From: a virus
Lineage: Duplodnaviria > Caudoviricetes
Virus record (IMG/VR): IMGVR_UViG_3300033066_002431
Location: 12,579-76,578 of that record
Length of the DNA: 64,000 nucleotides
Strand: one strand, 5' to 3'
The position numbers were made by a program, and so were the translations under genes. This document shows, in pieces, positions 46,734-54,596 of this stretch. The notes under the pieces are model-generated. The model did not search any database. It worked only from the letters and a program-made list of their open reading frames with translations, and had not been told where the DNA came from. How positions within the stretch are numbered: position 1 is the first letter of the stretch; each line of letters starts with the position of its first letter.

Positions 46734-47317
46734 GAGTCGTCCTCCGCGCTGGTGAACGACAACGACACCTGCGCGGCCGCTCGGCCGGTGACGCCGACCT
46801 TGCGGCGCAGCTCGGGGTGTTCGGCGACGAGCGCGCGCACCTCCAACAGCGGCGACCGCACGCCCGACGTGGCGCGCTCCTCGGTGGCCTGGAGAAGGAT
46901 CGCGAGGTCGAGCCCCGCCTGCGTCACGAAAGCGGCGTAGGCTGCCGCGCGCTGCCGCAAGGCGGGGTCCGTGAGGAAGCCCCGGTACATCGCCGCCCCG
47001 CGCGCGACGAGCGTCCCCCAGACGCCCACGGCGGTCGCGATATCGTCCGGCTCCATGCGGTGACACTCGCTCTCGAGGGTCTGGCTGACGTTGAGCATGA
47101 GGAGCCGCCGCGTCGGGTCGCCCGCGAGCCCCTTCTCTCGGGCGGTCGCCATCGGGGCGAGACCGATCATCGCGTAGGCGGCGGTGAGGACTTGCGTGGG
47201 AAGCTCGACGAGCCCCTGACCGGCTGCGAGGAGAATGTGGTGCGTGGTGCGGAAGTCGGACGCGAGCGCTGGAAAGCGGGTGGCCAGCGCTGGGAGCGCC
47301 GTGTGGATGTTGCGCAT
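46730..47317 (-). CDS. hypothetical all-alpha protein
   Basis: GGAGG RBS; 195 aa. Confidence 0.65.
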   Translation of the reverse strand: MRNIHTALPALATRFPALASDFRTTHHILLAAGQGLVELPTQVLTAAYAMIGLAPMATAREKGLAGDPTRRLLMLNVSQTLESECHRMEPDDIATAVGVWGTLVARGAAMYRGFLTDPALRQRAAAYAAFVTQAGLDLAILLQATEERATSGVRSPLLEVRALVAEHPELRRKVGVTGRAAAQVSLSFTSAEDDS

Positions 47318-47331
47318 GAGGTTCCTCCAAT

Positions 47332-47375
47332 GCAGCGAGCCCCGGCCCTTTCGGGTGCGGGGCCTGGCTCGCTGC
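47332..47375 (-). promoter_or_regulatory. conserved intergenic hairpin, copy A
   Basis: GCAGCGAGCCAGGCCCCGCACCCGAAAGGGCCGGGGCTCGCTGC on the minus strand; near-identical to copy B at 52629. Confidence 0.7.
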
Positions 47376-47384
47376 GGAAGGACG

Positions 47385-47699
47385 TCAGGAGCCGGTCACC
47401 GTGGGGAGCGGACCGTCCTTCGGTGGTGCGACCACGCGATATCCGGACGCCTGCCAATTTTTCAGCGTGTCGCTGGCGATGTACGCAAGGGCCACCGCGG
47501 CGCGCCCGACATCTGTGTCGCCGACGTGCAGGAACACATCCCACGCAAGCAGCCCGAAGTTCCCAGCCACCTCCGGCGGCTGAAACAAGAGGCTTGCATA
47601 CACGCCCAACAGACGACGGACGTCTTCGTCCCTCTCTGCGCCGACGAAGTGCGCGTCCACAGCCATCTTCCACGCTGTGATCCAATCGATCGCTTTCAC
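47385..47699 (-). CDS. hypothetical protein
   Basis: GTG start overlapping the upstream TGA; 104 aa. Confidence 0.55.
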   Translation of the reverse strand: MKAIDWITAWKMAVDAHFVGAERDEDVRRLLGVYASLLFQPPEVAGNFGLLAWDVFLHVGDTDVGRAAVALAYIASDTLKNWQASGYRVVAPPKDGPLPTVTGS

Positions 47700-47950
47700 G
47701 TCTCCCGTCCTTCCTTCGTGGCGCCGAGCGCCGCCATCTCTGCCACCGTCGCGGGCCTCGCCTGAAACTCCACGACCCAACCTCGATCCTCCGCGTACCC
47801 TTGCGCGACGCCGTTCTCGTGAACGAAGAAGCTCGTCTGGGTCATCACGACGAGGTACTTGCCGTCCCGCTTCATGCAGCGACCGACGTAGGACCCGTAC
47901 GCGGGGCGCTTCTCCCCCACCATCACCTGCCACTTCGCCGCGATCCTCAC
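47696..47950 (-). CDS. hypothetical protein
   Basis: 84-aa coupled ORF. Confidence 0.55.
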   Translation of the reverse strand: MRIAAKWQVMVGEKRPAYGSYVGRCMKRDGKYLVVMTQTSFFVHENGVAQGYAEDRGWVVEFQARPATVAEMAALGATKEGRET

Positions 47951-48138
47951 GATCGCACAGCTTCGAAGGTGGCCAGCCCCCGCGCGAGCTTGCGCAGCAC
48001 GGCAGCCGGGAGCGGCTCATCGGCGAGCACGGCCATCACGTCGATCGGGGGCACCTTCGCCGCCTGCGCGAGCGCGCCCACGGTCAGCCCGGCGCCCACA
48101 AGCCGAACCACGCGACGGAGGATGGTGTCCTGTTCCAT
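47947..48138 (-). CDS. small Cro/XRE-like HTH protein
   Basis: AGGAGG RBS; GLTVGALAQAAKVPPIDVMAVL...LRKLARGL. Confidence 0.55.
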   Translation of the reverse strand: MEQDTILRRVVRLVGAGLTVGALAQAAKVPPIDVMAVLADEPLPAAVLRKLARGLATFEAVRS

Positions 48139-48160
48139 GCCCTCGAGCCTCCTAACCGAG

Positions 48161-48190
48161 ATGATAACGGTACCGTGCGCATCGTGTCAA
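48161..48190 (-). promoter_or_regulatory. promoter TTGACA-N18-TATCAT containing the operator core ACGGTACCGT
   Basis: The core at 48167-48176 equals the centre of the 22-bp palindrome. Confidence 0.65.
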
Positions 48191-48194
48191 ACGA

Positions 48195-48473
48195 TCAATC
48201 GTGCGTGCCGTGGTGGCGCTCCCCGTGCTCGGGGCACCGCGTCACGTGACCGCACGTACATTCGTGCGAGACCACCGCGCGACGGCAGCACACCGCGCGC
48301 GGCATGATTGGTGGGAGCGCCGGCCCCTCGGCAAGCTCGGCCGCCTCAACCTCGGCAAGCTTGGCAGCACGCGCTTTCATCGGGGCCCCCGTCATCCGAA
48401 GGTCCCAGAGCTGCGCGCGGAGAGCTGCCACCGAGAGAGGAGCCGTGGGGACCAGAATGCGCGCGGCGTTCAT
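48195..48473 (-). CDS. small protein with Cys/His-rich C-terminus (probably leaderless)
   Basis: ATG 6 nt from the -10 box; CC...CTCGH...CPEHG. Confidence 0.6.
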   Translation of the reverse strand: MNAARILVPTAPLSVAALRAQLWDLRMTGAPMKARAAKLAEVEAAELAEGPALPPIMPRAVCCRRAVVSHECTCGHVTRCPEHGERHHGTHD

Positions 48474-48479
48474 AGTTGA

Positions 48480-48508
48480 TTGATAAGGCCACGCGCTCAC
48501 GTTGTCAA
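48480..48508 (-). promoter_or_regulatory. promoter TTGACA-N17-TATCAA
   Basis: Exact -35 consensus with a 17-nt spacer. Confidence 0.75.
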
Positions 48509-48826
48509 AACATTATTTCGACTTTCCTCGAAACGCGCATCCTGTCGCGCCCGCTCGGCCATGCGCGCTCGAAGGTCCGCCGCGAGGGACCGTACCTGCT
48601 CGGTCCGGCCGGTCAATGTCGCCTGTCGGGCGGTCGTTGTGAGCACGTACGTGTCCCCCTGGAAGCCGCCCACGCTCACCAAGCGCACCCTGTTCTTCTC
48701 GGCGCTCGCGGACGCGACGATCGTCCCCTCCGCGGTGCTCAGGAGGTGGGGCTCCTGGAAGTAGACCTCGTGCCCGTGAATCGCGAGGTCCGAAGCGAGG
48801 AAGACGAGAGCAGCAAGCGCGTCCAT
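48497..48826 (-). CDS. hypothetical protein
   Basis: 109 aa; ATG 8 nt from the -10 box. Confidence 0.55.
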   Translation of the reverse strand: MDALAALVFLASDLAIHGHEVYFQEPHLLSTAEGTIVASASAEKNRVRLVSVGGFQGDTYVLTTTARQATLTGRTEQVRSLAADLRARMAERARQDARFEESRNNVLTT

Positions 48827-48834
48827 GGTCGAGA

Positions 48835-48878
48835 GTGATAAGATATTTATTGCACTCTGTCAAGCGTCGCCTTACCCT
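48835..48878. promoter_or_regulatory. overlapping divergent promoters
   Basis: Minus: TTGACA-N17-TATCAC (48863-48835). Plus: TTGCAC-N17-TACCCT (48850-48878). Marks the strand switch. Confidence 0.65.
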
Positions 48879-48887
48879 GGATTGACC

Positions 48888-49514
48888 ATGAGCTACGCAA
48901 CATCGCCCTCCGCTCTTCTCGTCGCCGCGCACTGCGCATGCTGCGGCAAGGTCCTGTCGAACGCTCCGTCTGTCGAGAGCGGCATGGGCGACACGTGCCG
49001 CAGAAAGCACGGCTACGCGACGCCGGAGGGGACGGCGGACCTCTCGGCCGCTCTCGAGGCGGTGAAGCCGTACATGACCGCTCTGGCGCTCCCCGTGGAC
49101 GCCACGTCGGACGCGCGCCGGCTGGCGAACCTGTTGGTGCATCGCATCGCGGTGCTTCAGGACGGCGAGGTTGCGGCCGCGTGCGTGGACGGGATCCGGG
49201 CCCTCGGGTTTGAGACGCTCGGTGGCCGCTGCGCGAAGCGCATGACGAAGATCGTGGTCCGGGTGGAAGACGACGAGAAGACCGGCGACACCACGATCGT
49301 GGTGAAGGCTCCCTACTCCGACGGTGGGGCGCTCCGCTCCCTTCCTGGCCGGCGCTGGGATGCCGCTACGAAGACGACGCGCATTCGGGTGTACCGGAGC
49401 ATGGAGGGGGCCAAGACGTCGCTCCTGTCCGCCCTCGCGGCCGACTTCCCCGGAGCTTGGGTCGACGGGCCGACCGGGTTGTTCCTTCTCCCCCGCGGCG
49501 AGGTGGCAGCGTGA
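48888..49514 (+). CDS. zinc-finger protein (DUF6011-like)
   Basis: HCACCGKVLSNAPSVESGMGDTCRRKHG matches the C..CG..L....S...G.G..C pattern. Confidence 0.7.
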   Translation: MSYATSPSALLVAAHCACCGKVLSNAPSVESGMGDTCRRKHGYATPEGTADLSAALEAVKPYMTALALPVDATSDARRLANLLVHRIAVLQDGEVAAACVDGIRALGFETLGGRCAKRMTKIVVRVEDDEKTGDTTIVVKAPYSDGGALRSLPGRRWDAATKTTRIRVYRSMEGAKTSLLSALAADFPGAWVDGPTGLFLLPRGEVAA

Positions 49515-49738
49515 GCGCCTCGAAGCCGCCCTCCGGTCGCAGCCGGACCACCGTGCTCGCTCAGGTGCTCGGCTCGTTCGCGGGCATCAAGGGCAACCTG
49601 AGCGAAGCCGACTTCGAGTGGGGGTGCGCGTGGATCGAGCGCGAGCACGGGAGCGACCTCGAAGCCGCAAAGGTGGCCCTCGGGGGCGAGCTGGCAGAGC
49701 AACAGCGGGCGGTCGCGCTCGTCGTCCGGGTGCTCTGA
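49511..49738 (+). CDS. hypothetical protein
   Basis: GTG overlaps the upstream TGA; 75 aa. Confidence 0.5.
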   Translation: MSASKPPSGRSRTTVLAQVLGSFAGIKGNLSEADFEWGCAWIEREHGSDLEAAKVALGGELAEQQRAVALVVRVL

Positions 49739-50058
49739 TGGACGACGACTTCGACGCCAAGATGGACCGCGCCCGTGCAGAGAGGCGCCTCGCGCGGGTC
49801 TGTCTGCTCCGGGCGATGGGAGGGGCGCCGGTGCCCTTCTGCGCCCCGTGCGCGGCGCCCTACGCGGACACCGTCGTCGTGGTCCACCGCGACACCTACC
49901 AGGCGACCTTGGGGCAGTGGCGCGCGACTCGATTCGAGGGAGAGGAGCCGGTCGGACACACCACACACCGGACCTTCTGTGAAGCGCTCGACGAGATCGC
50001 GGTGTGGCGTGCGGTGCTCCCCCTCGCACGGTCCCTCGCGAGCCTCGCCGCGGAGTGA
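49738..50058 (+). CDS. hypothetical protein
   Basis: ATG overlaps the upstream TGA; 106 aa. Confidence 0.55.
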   Translation: MDDDFDAKMDRARAERRLARVCLLRAMGGAPVPFCAPCAAPYADTVVVVHRDTYQATLGQWRATRFEGEEPVGHTTHRTFCEALDEIAVWRAVLPLARSLASLAAE

Positions 50059-50104
50059 CGCCGAGAGGGGGCCAGCAACTATCTTGGGGGGCGGTCGCAA
50101 AAAG

Positions 50105-50135
50105 CGTTGACGGTATCGTCAACGTGAATTAAGAA
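50105..50135 (+). promoter_or_regulatory. palindromic promoter/operator P1
   Basis: CGTTGACGGTATCGTCAACG (1 mismatch from perfect); TTGACG-N17-TAAGAA. Confidence 0.85.
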
Positions 50136-50184
50136 GAGGGGGCCGGCGACACGAAGGAAGTGTCCTGGCAGGAAGAAGACGACC

Positions 50185-50424
50185 ATGGCCATGCTCCGTA
50201 CCCTCCGCACCGATGGCACCCGCTCGATCAAGCCCCTCGGCATCCTGACGAAGGGCGAGCGGGACGCGCTCCGCTTCGCGATGGACCGCGACGAGATGGT
50301 CATTCTGTACGAGGTGCTCCCCTCGAACGGGGAGGCGTGGGGCCGCTGCAAGCCGGCCGACTTCGAGGCGACTTGGCAGCGGCTCTGTGAGGGGGCGCGC
50401 TCCCCCGACGTCGAGATGAACTAG
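50185..50424 (+). CDS. small hypothetical protein
   Basis: 79 aa, first gene after P1. Confidence 0.65.
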   Translation: MAMLRTLRTDGTRSIKPLGILTKGERDALRFAMDRDEMVILYEVLPSNGEAWGRCKPADFEATWQRLCEGARSPDVEMN

Positions 50425-50443
50425 TCGACCCGTCCGAAGGTCT

Positions 50444-50470
50444 GGCCCGCACCCCGAGAGGGGCCGGGCC
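50444..50470 (+). promoter_or_regulatory. intergenic hairpin, copy C (short)
   Basis: GGCCC-GCA-CCCC-GAGA-GGGG-CC-GGGCC, 10 nt before the GTG at 50481. Confidence 0.5.
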
Positions 50471-50480
50471 TTCGGGCGTT

Positions 50481-51068
50481 GTGAGCCTCTCCACGACCCC
50501 CGCGAACGACACGGCCGCCGTCACCCTCACCATCGGCGCGACCTACCAGGCCGGCGCGTGGCGCGTCCAGCGGTGGACGGGCCGTGTCGAGGTGACCGCC
50601 CTCGAGAACGCCGGCCGCCGGGGCAAGGCGTGCCCGGTCTTCTCGGTGGACACGCCCTACACCACCATGGATACGCAGCTCGACGCGGTGGCGCACGTGG
50701 CGGTCGCTGCCGCGCGGGACGGCGTTCACGTCGAGACGATGAGGGCGACCCTCATGGCCGAAGCCGTGGAGAAGCTCGCCTTCAGGGCGAGCGAGAAGCG
50801 CGGCGTGAACGTGCCGCGTCACCCCGAGATCAAGGTGGACGCGCCCCTCGTCCGGTGCCGCTTCACCGAGGTGGAAGCTCTGTGCTGCTTCTCGTTCTGG
50901 CTCGGGAAGCCAGGCGGCATGAAGCACGACGAGCTTCTAGCCGCCGTGTCGCGGCTGGACGCGGCCAAGGCCTACGCGTGGGCCAAGGACCGCCAAGAGG
51001 AGATCGTCGGTATGAACGTGCAGGCCTTCCGCGTCGCTATGATCAGGATCGGTGCTCGCTTCCGGTGA
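50481..51068 (+). CDS. hypothetical protein
   Basis: 195 aa with GC-rich third positions. Confidence 0.65.
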   Translation: MSLSTTPANDTAAVTLTIGATYQAGAWRVQRWTGRVEVTALENAGRRGKACPVFSVDTPYTTMDTQLDAVAHVAVAAARDGVHVETMRATLMAEAVEKLAFRASEKRGVNVPRHPEIKVDAPLVRCRFTEVEALCCFSFWLGKPGGMKHDELLAAVSRLDAAKAYAWAKDRQEEIVGMNVQAFRVAMIRIGARFR

Positions 51069-51126
51069 GGGGAGAAGACCTCTTCTGAGGGGAGAAAAAA
51101 CTTTCTTGAGGGTGGGTGAAGAAAAA

Positions 51127-51158
51127 ACGTTGACGGTACCGTCAACGTGAATTAAGGT
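51127..51158 (+). promoter_or_regulatory. palindromic promoter/operator P2
   Basis: Perfect 22-bp ACGTTGACGGTACCGTCAACGT; TTGACG-N17-TAAGGT; upstream A-tract. Confidence 0.9.
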
Positions 51159-51205
51159 CAGGGAGTCGACGGCGAGGACAGCCGAGACGAAGAAGGACGG
51201 ACCCC

Positions 51206-51394
51206 ATGATCAAGCTCACCAAGAAGATGATGCAGGCGGCGAAGGCGATGACGACCGAGCGCCGTGCCCTGATGGATGAGCTGCTGAACGAGGCGCGCGC
51301 GACGCGCCCCGGCATGACGGCCGAGGAGACGGTCCGCTGGATGCCGGTGAGCTACCAGCCCGACGTGGCGGCCATCCTCACTCTCGGGTTGTGA
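51206..51394 (+). CDS. small hypothetical protein
   Basis: 62 aa after P2. Confidence 0.6.
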   Translation: MIKLTKKMMQAAKAMTTERRALMDELLNEARATRPGMTAEETVRWMPVSYQPDVAAILTLGL

Positions 51395-51448
51395 GAGGGG
51401 CCGGGGGGCTCGTCCGGGGGGACGGTTTCAGCTTCAGCGGAGGATACC

Positions 51449-51676
51449 ATGGCGACTTTCCAGTTTTCGAACACGGCCGACTCCACCATGACCAGCGCGC
51501 TCGACGCCATCACCCTCGGGGACGCGCTCGACAAGCTCGCGCTCGACGCGGGCTACCTGACGTGGAGCCTCGCGGTGGACGCGGGGGCCTTCGACCCGAG
51601 CGAGATGGCCGTGAGGAAGGACGAGACGGTGTGGCTGTTCAAGGGCGGGCGGTGGGTCGTCTCAGCCACGCTGTAG
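51449..51676 (+). CDS. small hypothetical protein
   Basis: GGAGG RBS; 75 aa. Confidence 0.6.
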   Translation: MATFQFSNTADSTMTSALDAITLGDALDKLALDAGYLTWSLAVDAGAFDPSEMAVRKDETVWLFKGGRWVVSATL

Positions 51677-51729
51677 AGGCTGCGGGGGGGAGTGGTTCTG
51701 GTCGGGGGGCCATGCTTCTGGAGGTTCAC

Positions 51730-52011
51730 ATGAATGTCATCGTGGTTGGCGTTGGGCGGACGGACATCTCGGTGCTGGCGAACGCGGGTAGCAGCGAGGA
51801 AGACTGGGCAGCGTTCAGCCGCTCGACGAACGCAGCCGGGCGCCACATCGCCGACGTGGCCCGCCGTGAGGGCGAGTCGTGGTGCGTGACCGTCCGCGAC
51901 AGCGACGTCACCGAGGCCGAGCTGGACGCGGACGATGGGGTGCGCGCCTACTGCCGCGAGGTGCCGGCGGACGACCGGCGCGAGGTGGATCCCGCCCTCT
52001 CCGGGGAGTGA
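51730..52011 (+). CDS. small acidic hypothetical protein
   Basis: GGAGG RBS, ATG at 51730; 93 aa. Confidence 0.6.
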   Translation: MNVIVVGVGRTDISVLANAGSSEEDWAAFSRSTNAAGRHIADVARREGESWCVTVRDSDVTEAELDADDGVRAYCREVPADDRREVDPALSGE

Positions 52012-52014
52012 GCG

Positions 52015-52278
52015 ATGGACGTGAAGAGCCCGCTTTTCGAGACCGTACAGGCGTGCGCCGTGGCCCTTCTCGGGGGCGCCGTGCTCCACGCGAGCGACGT
52101 CACAGCCGGCAACGGCGTGGTCATCGACTGGCGTGTGGTGAAGAGCGGGGAGACCATCCAGAACGACGGCGACGCCTTCGACACGGCGTACCTGTTCGTG
52201 ATTGTCGCTGGGGTGGAAGCTGCCCACCGTGCGGCGACGGAAGCTCGCGCGGACAATCGACCGGGAGGCGCGAGTTAA
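52015..52278 (+). CDS. small hypothetical protein
   Basis: 87 aa; TAA abuts P3. Confidence 0.55.
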   Translation: MDVKSPLFETVQACAVALLGGAVLHASDVTAGNGVVIDWRVVKSGETIQNDGDAFDTAYLFVIVAGVEAAHRAATEARADNRPGGAS

Positions 52279-52310
52279 ACGTTGACGGTACCGTCAACGT
52301 GAATTATCAA
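52279..52310 (+). promoter_or_regulatory. palindromic promoter/operator P3
   Basis: Perfect 22-bp ACGTTGACGGTACCGTCAACGT; TTGACG-N17-TATCAA. Confidence 0.9.
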
Positions 52311-52356
52311 GATGGAGTCGGTGGCGCGAAGGAAGCGGCCCGACAGGAGAGAGACC

Positions 52357-52617
52357 ATGGCGACGATCATCGCAAAGTTCCCCGGCACCTGTGCTTCATG
52401 CCGCTGCGCGATCAAGGCCGGCGACAAGATCGAGTGGCAGAAGGGCGGGCCCTCCCGGCACGTTGTCTGCCCCGCGGGCGGCCAGCCGGCGGTGAACGCG
52501 AACCGCACCGCGCCCCCGTCGCCTACTCGCCGTGGTCGTCCCTGGCGCCCCTGCGGTTACCCCGGGTGCAATCCGAGCTACTGCGACGAGTGCGACGGCG
52601 AAGGGTACGGCCACTGA
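52357..52617 (+). CDS. double zinc-finger mini-protein
   Basis: AKFPGTCASC...GDKIEW...HVVC and CGYPGC...CDEC; AGGAGAG RBS. Confidence 0.7.
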   Translation: MATIIAKFPGTCASCRCAIKAGDKIEWQKGGPSRHVVCPAGGQPAVNANRTAPPSPTRRGRPWRPCGYPGCNPSYCDECDGEGYGH

Positions 52618-52628
52618 AAAGGCCTCGC

Positions 52629-52666
52629 GCGAGCCCCGCCCCGCACCCGAAAGGGGCGGGGCTCGC
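52629..52666 (+). promoter_or_regulatory. conserved intergenic hairpin, copy B
   Basis: GCGAGCCCCGCCCC-GCACCCGAAA-GGGGCGGGGCTCGC, followed by TTGGAGG and the ATG at 52682. Confidence 0.75.
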
Positions 52667-52681
52667 TGCGTTGGAGGCACC

Positions 52682-52951
52682 ATGCTCAGGCTCGACAACA
52701 TCGCTCCCATCCTGCCCGTTCTTCAGACCATGAAGGCGGGGAACAACCACCTCGGGATCCTCCGCGGCATCGCGGACGTGCTCGAAGACGCCGACCTCTC
52801 GCGCTCGATCCAAATCCTCGAGAAGCTCGCGCAGCACGGCATCACCAAAGACCTCCGGCCGCTCCGCGACTTGCTCTACCGGGTGACGATGGATCAGGCT
52901 CGCGCGAAGATGACCGCGGACGCCTTCCACGCCGTCTGGATGGCGAGCTAA
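52682..52951 (+). CDS. hypothetical protein
   Basis: GGAGG RBS; 89 aa. Confidence 0.6.
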   Translation: MLRLDNIAPILPVLQTMKAGNNHLGILRGIADVLEDADLSRSIQILEKLAQHGITKDLRPLRDLLYRVTMDQARAKMTADAFHAVWMAS

Positions 52952-52962
52952 GGAGCACGACC

Positions 52963-53226
52963 ATGCCCGGCAAAGCCCCCAGCAAGGAAGCTCAGGAAGC
53001 CCGCCGCGACAGCCCGGACAGGGCCCTCGTTCGCGAGCGCATCGCGCTCATCGGACAGGACAAGGTCGGGCGGCTCGTCGCGGCCGACTGGGACGTGAAG
53101 AACCCACGCGACGCGAGCACGATGATCTCCAAGTACATCTCGGGTGAGCGCACCATCAACGCGACCGCCTACGTGCAGCTCCTCGGCGTCCTCGGGTTCG
53201 GAGTCACCCGGACCGCCCCGGAGTGA
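52963..53226 (+). CDS. possible XRE-like HTH protein
   Basis: AAGGAG RBS; GQDKVGRLV...ASTMISKYISGERTI...YVQLLGVLG. Confidence 0.55.
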   Translation: MPGKAPSKEAQEARRDSPDRALVRERIALIGQDKVGRLVAADWDVKNPRDASTMISKYISGERTINATAYVQLLGVLGFGVTRTAPE

Positions 53227-53251
53227 CAATCGACAGGAGGGAGGAGAAAAA

Positions 53252-53283
53252 GCGTTGACGGTACCGTCAACGCGAATTAAGAA
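53252..53283 (+). promoter_or_regulatory. palindromic promoter/operator P4
   Basis: Perfect 22-bp GCGTTGACGGTACCGTCAACGC; TTGACG-N17-TAAGAA. Confidence 0.9.
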
Positions 53284-53289
53284 AGGGGT

Positions 53290-53544
53290 GTGAGCAAGAC
53301 GAACAACGAGACGGGCGAGACGGTCACCATCAACGGCACGGCGTTCACCGTCACCAAGCGGGAGAGCGCCGTGGAGCCCTACCTGCTGACGAAGGTTGGC
53401 GGGCGGGGCCTCGCGTACACCGCGATGCGGAACGCCAAGCGGCCGCACCTGCTGTTCCTGGTGAACGCGAACCAGCGGGGGTCCAGCGCGGTCACGAACG
53501 TCTGGATCACCGATGAGGGCGGCACGATCCGCCAAGCGCAGTAA
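53290..53544 (+). CDS. small beta-rich protein (probably leaderless)
   Basis: GTG lies 6 nt after the P4 -10 box. Confidence 0.6.
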   Translation: MSKTNNETGETVTINGTAFTVTKRESAVEPYLLTKVGGRGLAYTAMRNAKRPHLLFLVNANQRGSSAVTNVWITDEGGTIRQAQ

Positions 53545-53603
53545 ACCGGAGCGGGGGGCGGTGCCCGGCCGTACCGGGCTTCCACCGATTGAGGAGATCG
53601 ACC

Positions 53604-54227
53604 ATGTTCAAGAACCCCGTCCCTGTCGCCCCGACTTCGCCTTCCGCCCGCACGCACACCGCCTATCTCGACGAGCACATGGAGCGCCCCTCGGTGCCCG
53701 CCGTCGGATTGTGGTGTTCCTACGTGGGGGATGGCGCCCCCTCGAACGCTGCGGGCGCACGAACGGGCCTCGGCACCACGCAGGAAGAGGCGCACGCAGC
53801 CGCCGGCCACTGGGCCAACCAGGCGGCCTATGCGCGGTGCCGGCGCATCGTGCTCGCAGATCGGGCGCTGCCCGTCTTCGAAGACGCCGTCGCGCGGAGG
53901 TACTTCACGAACGCGCTCAGTAACCCCGAGCCGACCCCCAGCGAGATCGAGGCCGCTCGCATCTTGAAGGCGAACGACTGGGCCGGCGGCTGGGCTTCAG
54001 CGTGGCGCGCGCTGCATGCGCCGGTCGTGGTTCCTCGCTGGGATGAGAGTGCCACGTTCCCCGACATCGCTGCTACGCACGACCCGGACGGCACCCCGCG
54101 TTATCTGACGTACCCCTCGCGCAAGCCCCGCCCCTCACCCCTTCCGGGGCAGGGGTTTGCCGCGTTGAAGGAGCTTCACCATGTCGACGACTCGTATCCA
54201 CGGAGAGACCCCCGAGCAGCGTGCTGA
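53604..54227 (+). CDS. hypothetical protein
   Basis: GAGGAG RBS, ATG at 53604. Confidence 0.55.
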   Translation: MFKNPVPVAPTSPSARTHTAYLDEHMERPSVPAVGLWCSYVGDGAPSNAAGARTGLGTTQEEAHAAAGHWANQAAYARCRRIVLADRALPVFEDAVARRYFTNALSNPEPTPSEIEAARILKANDWAGGWASAWRALHAPVVVPRWDESATFPDIAATHDPDGTPRYLTYPSRKPRPSPLPGQGFAALKELHHVDDSYPRRDPRAAC

Positions 54228-54354
54228 GAGGCTCGCCATCTCCCGACAGAACGCCGCCTTTTGGGAGGACGTGCTGCGCTCCCTCCCGCTGGTCCCGACC
54301 GAGCCCGCCAGCAAGCCGGCGACGCCTCCCGCGACCTCGCCAGAGGCACCGTGA
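54181..54354 (+). CDS. small hypothetical protein (57 aa; below the ORF-track cut-off)
   Basis: AAGGAG RBS; MSTTRIHGETPEQRAERLAISRQNAAFWEDVL... Confidence 0.5.
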   Translation: MSTTRIHGETPEQRAERLAISRQNAAFWEDVLRSLPLVPTEPASKPATPPATSPEAP

Positions 54355-54596
54355 CCCGCGTCGAGACGAGCGAGGCCGGGGGCTCTTCTCGGTGGTGGTC
54401 GGAAGCCTTCCTGCGTCGCGCCACGTGCCCGCTGGCGTGCCGCTCGCTCATCCTCGGGATGCTGCGGGACTGGGATGCGACGGTCACCGAGGAAGAGGCC
54501 GAAGCCTTCCGCGCGTGGGGCGCGCAGCTCCCTCACTGGGATGGCCCAGCGGGCCAGCCGTTCACCTTCACGCCGGTGGAGCCGTCCGCCTCGTAG
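54351..54596 (+). CDS. small hypothetical protein
   Basis: GTG overlaps the upstream TGA; 81 aa. Confidence 0.5.
   Translation: MTRVETSEAGGSSRWWSEAFLRRATCPLACRSLILGMLRDWDATVTEEEAEAFRAWGAQLPHWDGPAGQPFTFTPVEPSAS

Noticed and set aside
51067-51120. Short GAGGGGAGAA direct repeats upstream of P2
   Set aside because: Only two good copies plus a weak third, in low-complexity purine sequence; not enough for an array or iterons.
50105-53283. Palindromic repeats as a CRISPR array for the type IV genes
   Set aside because: The copies are about 1 kb apart with protein-coding genes between them, and each has exact -35/-10 geometry, so they are promoters/operators.
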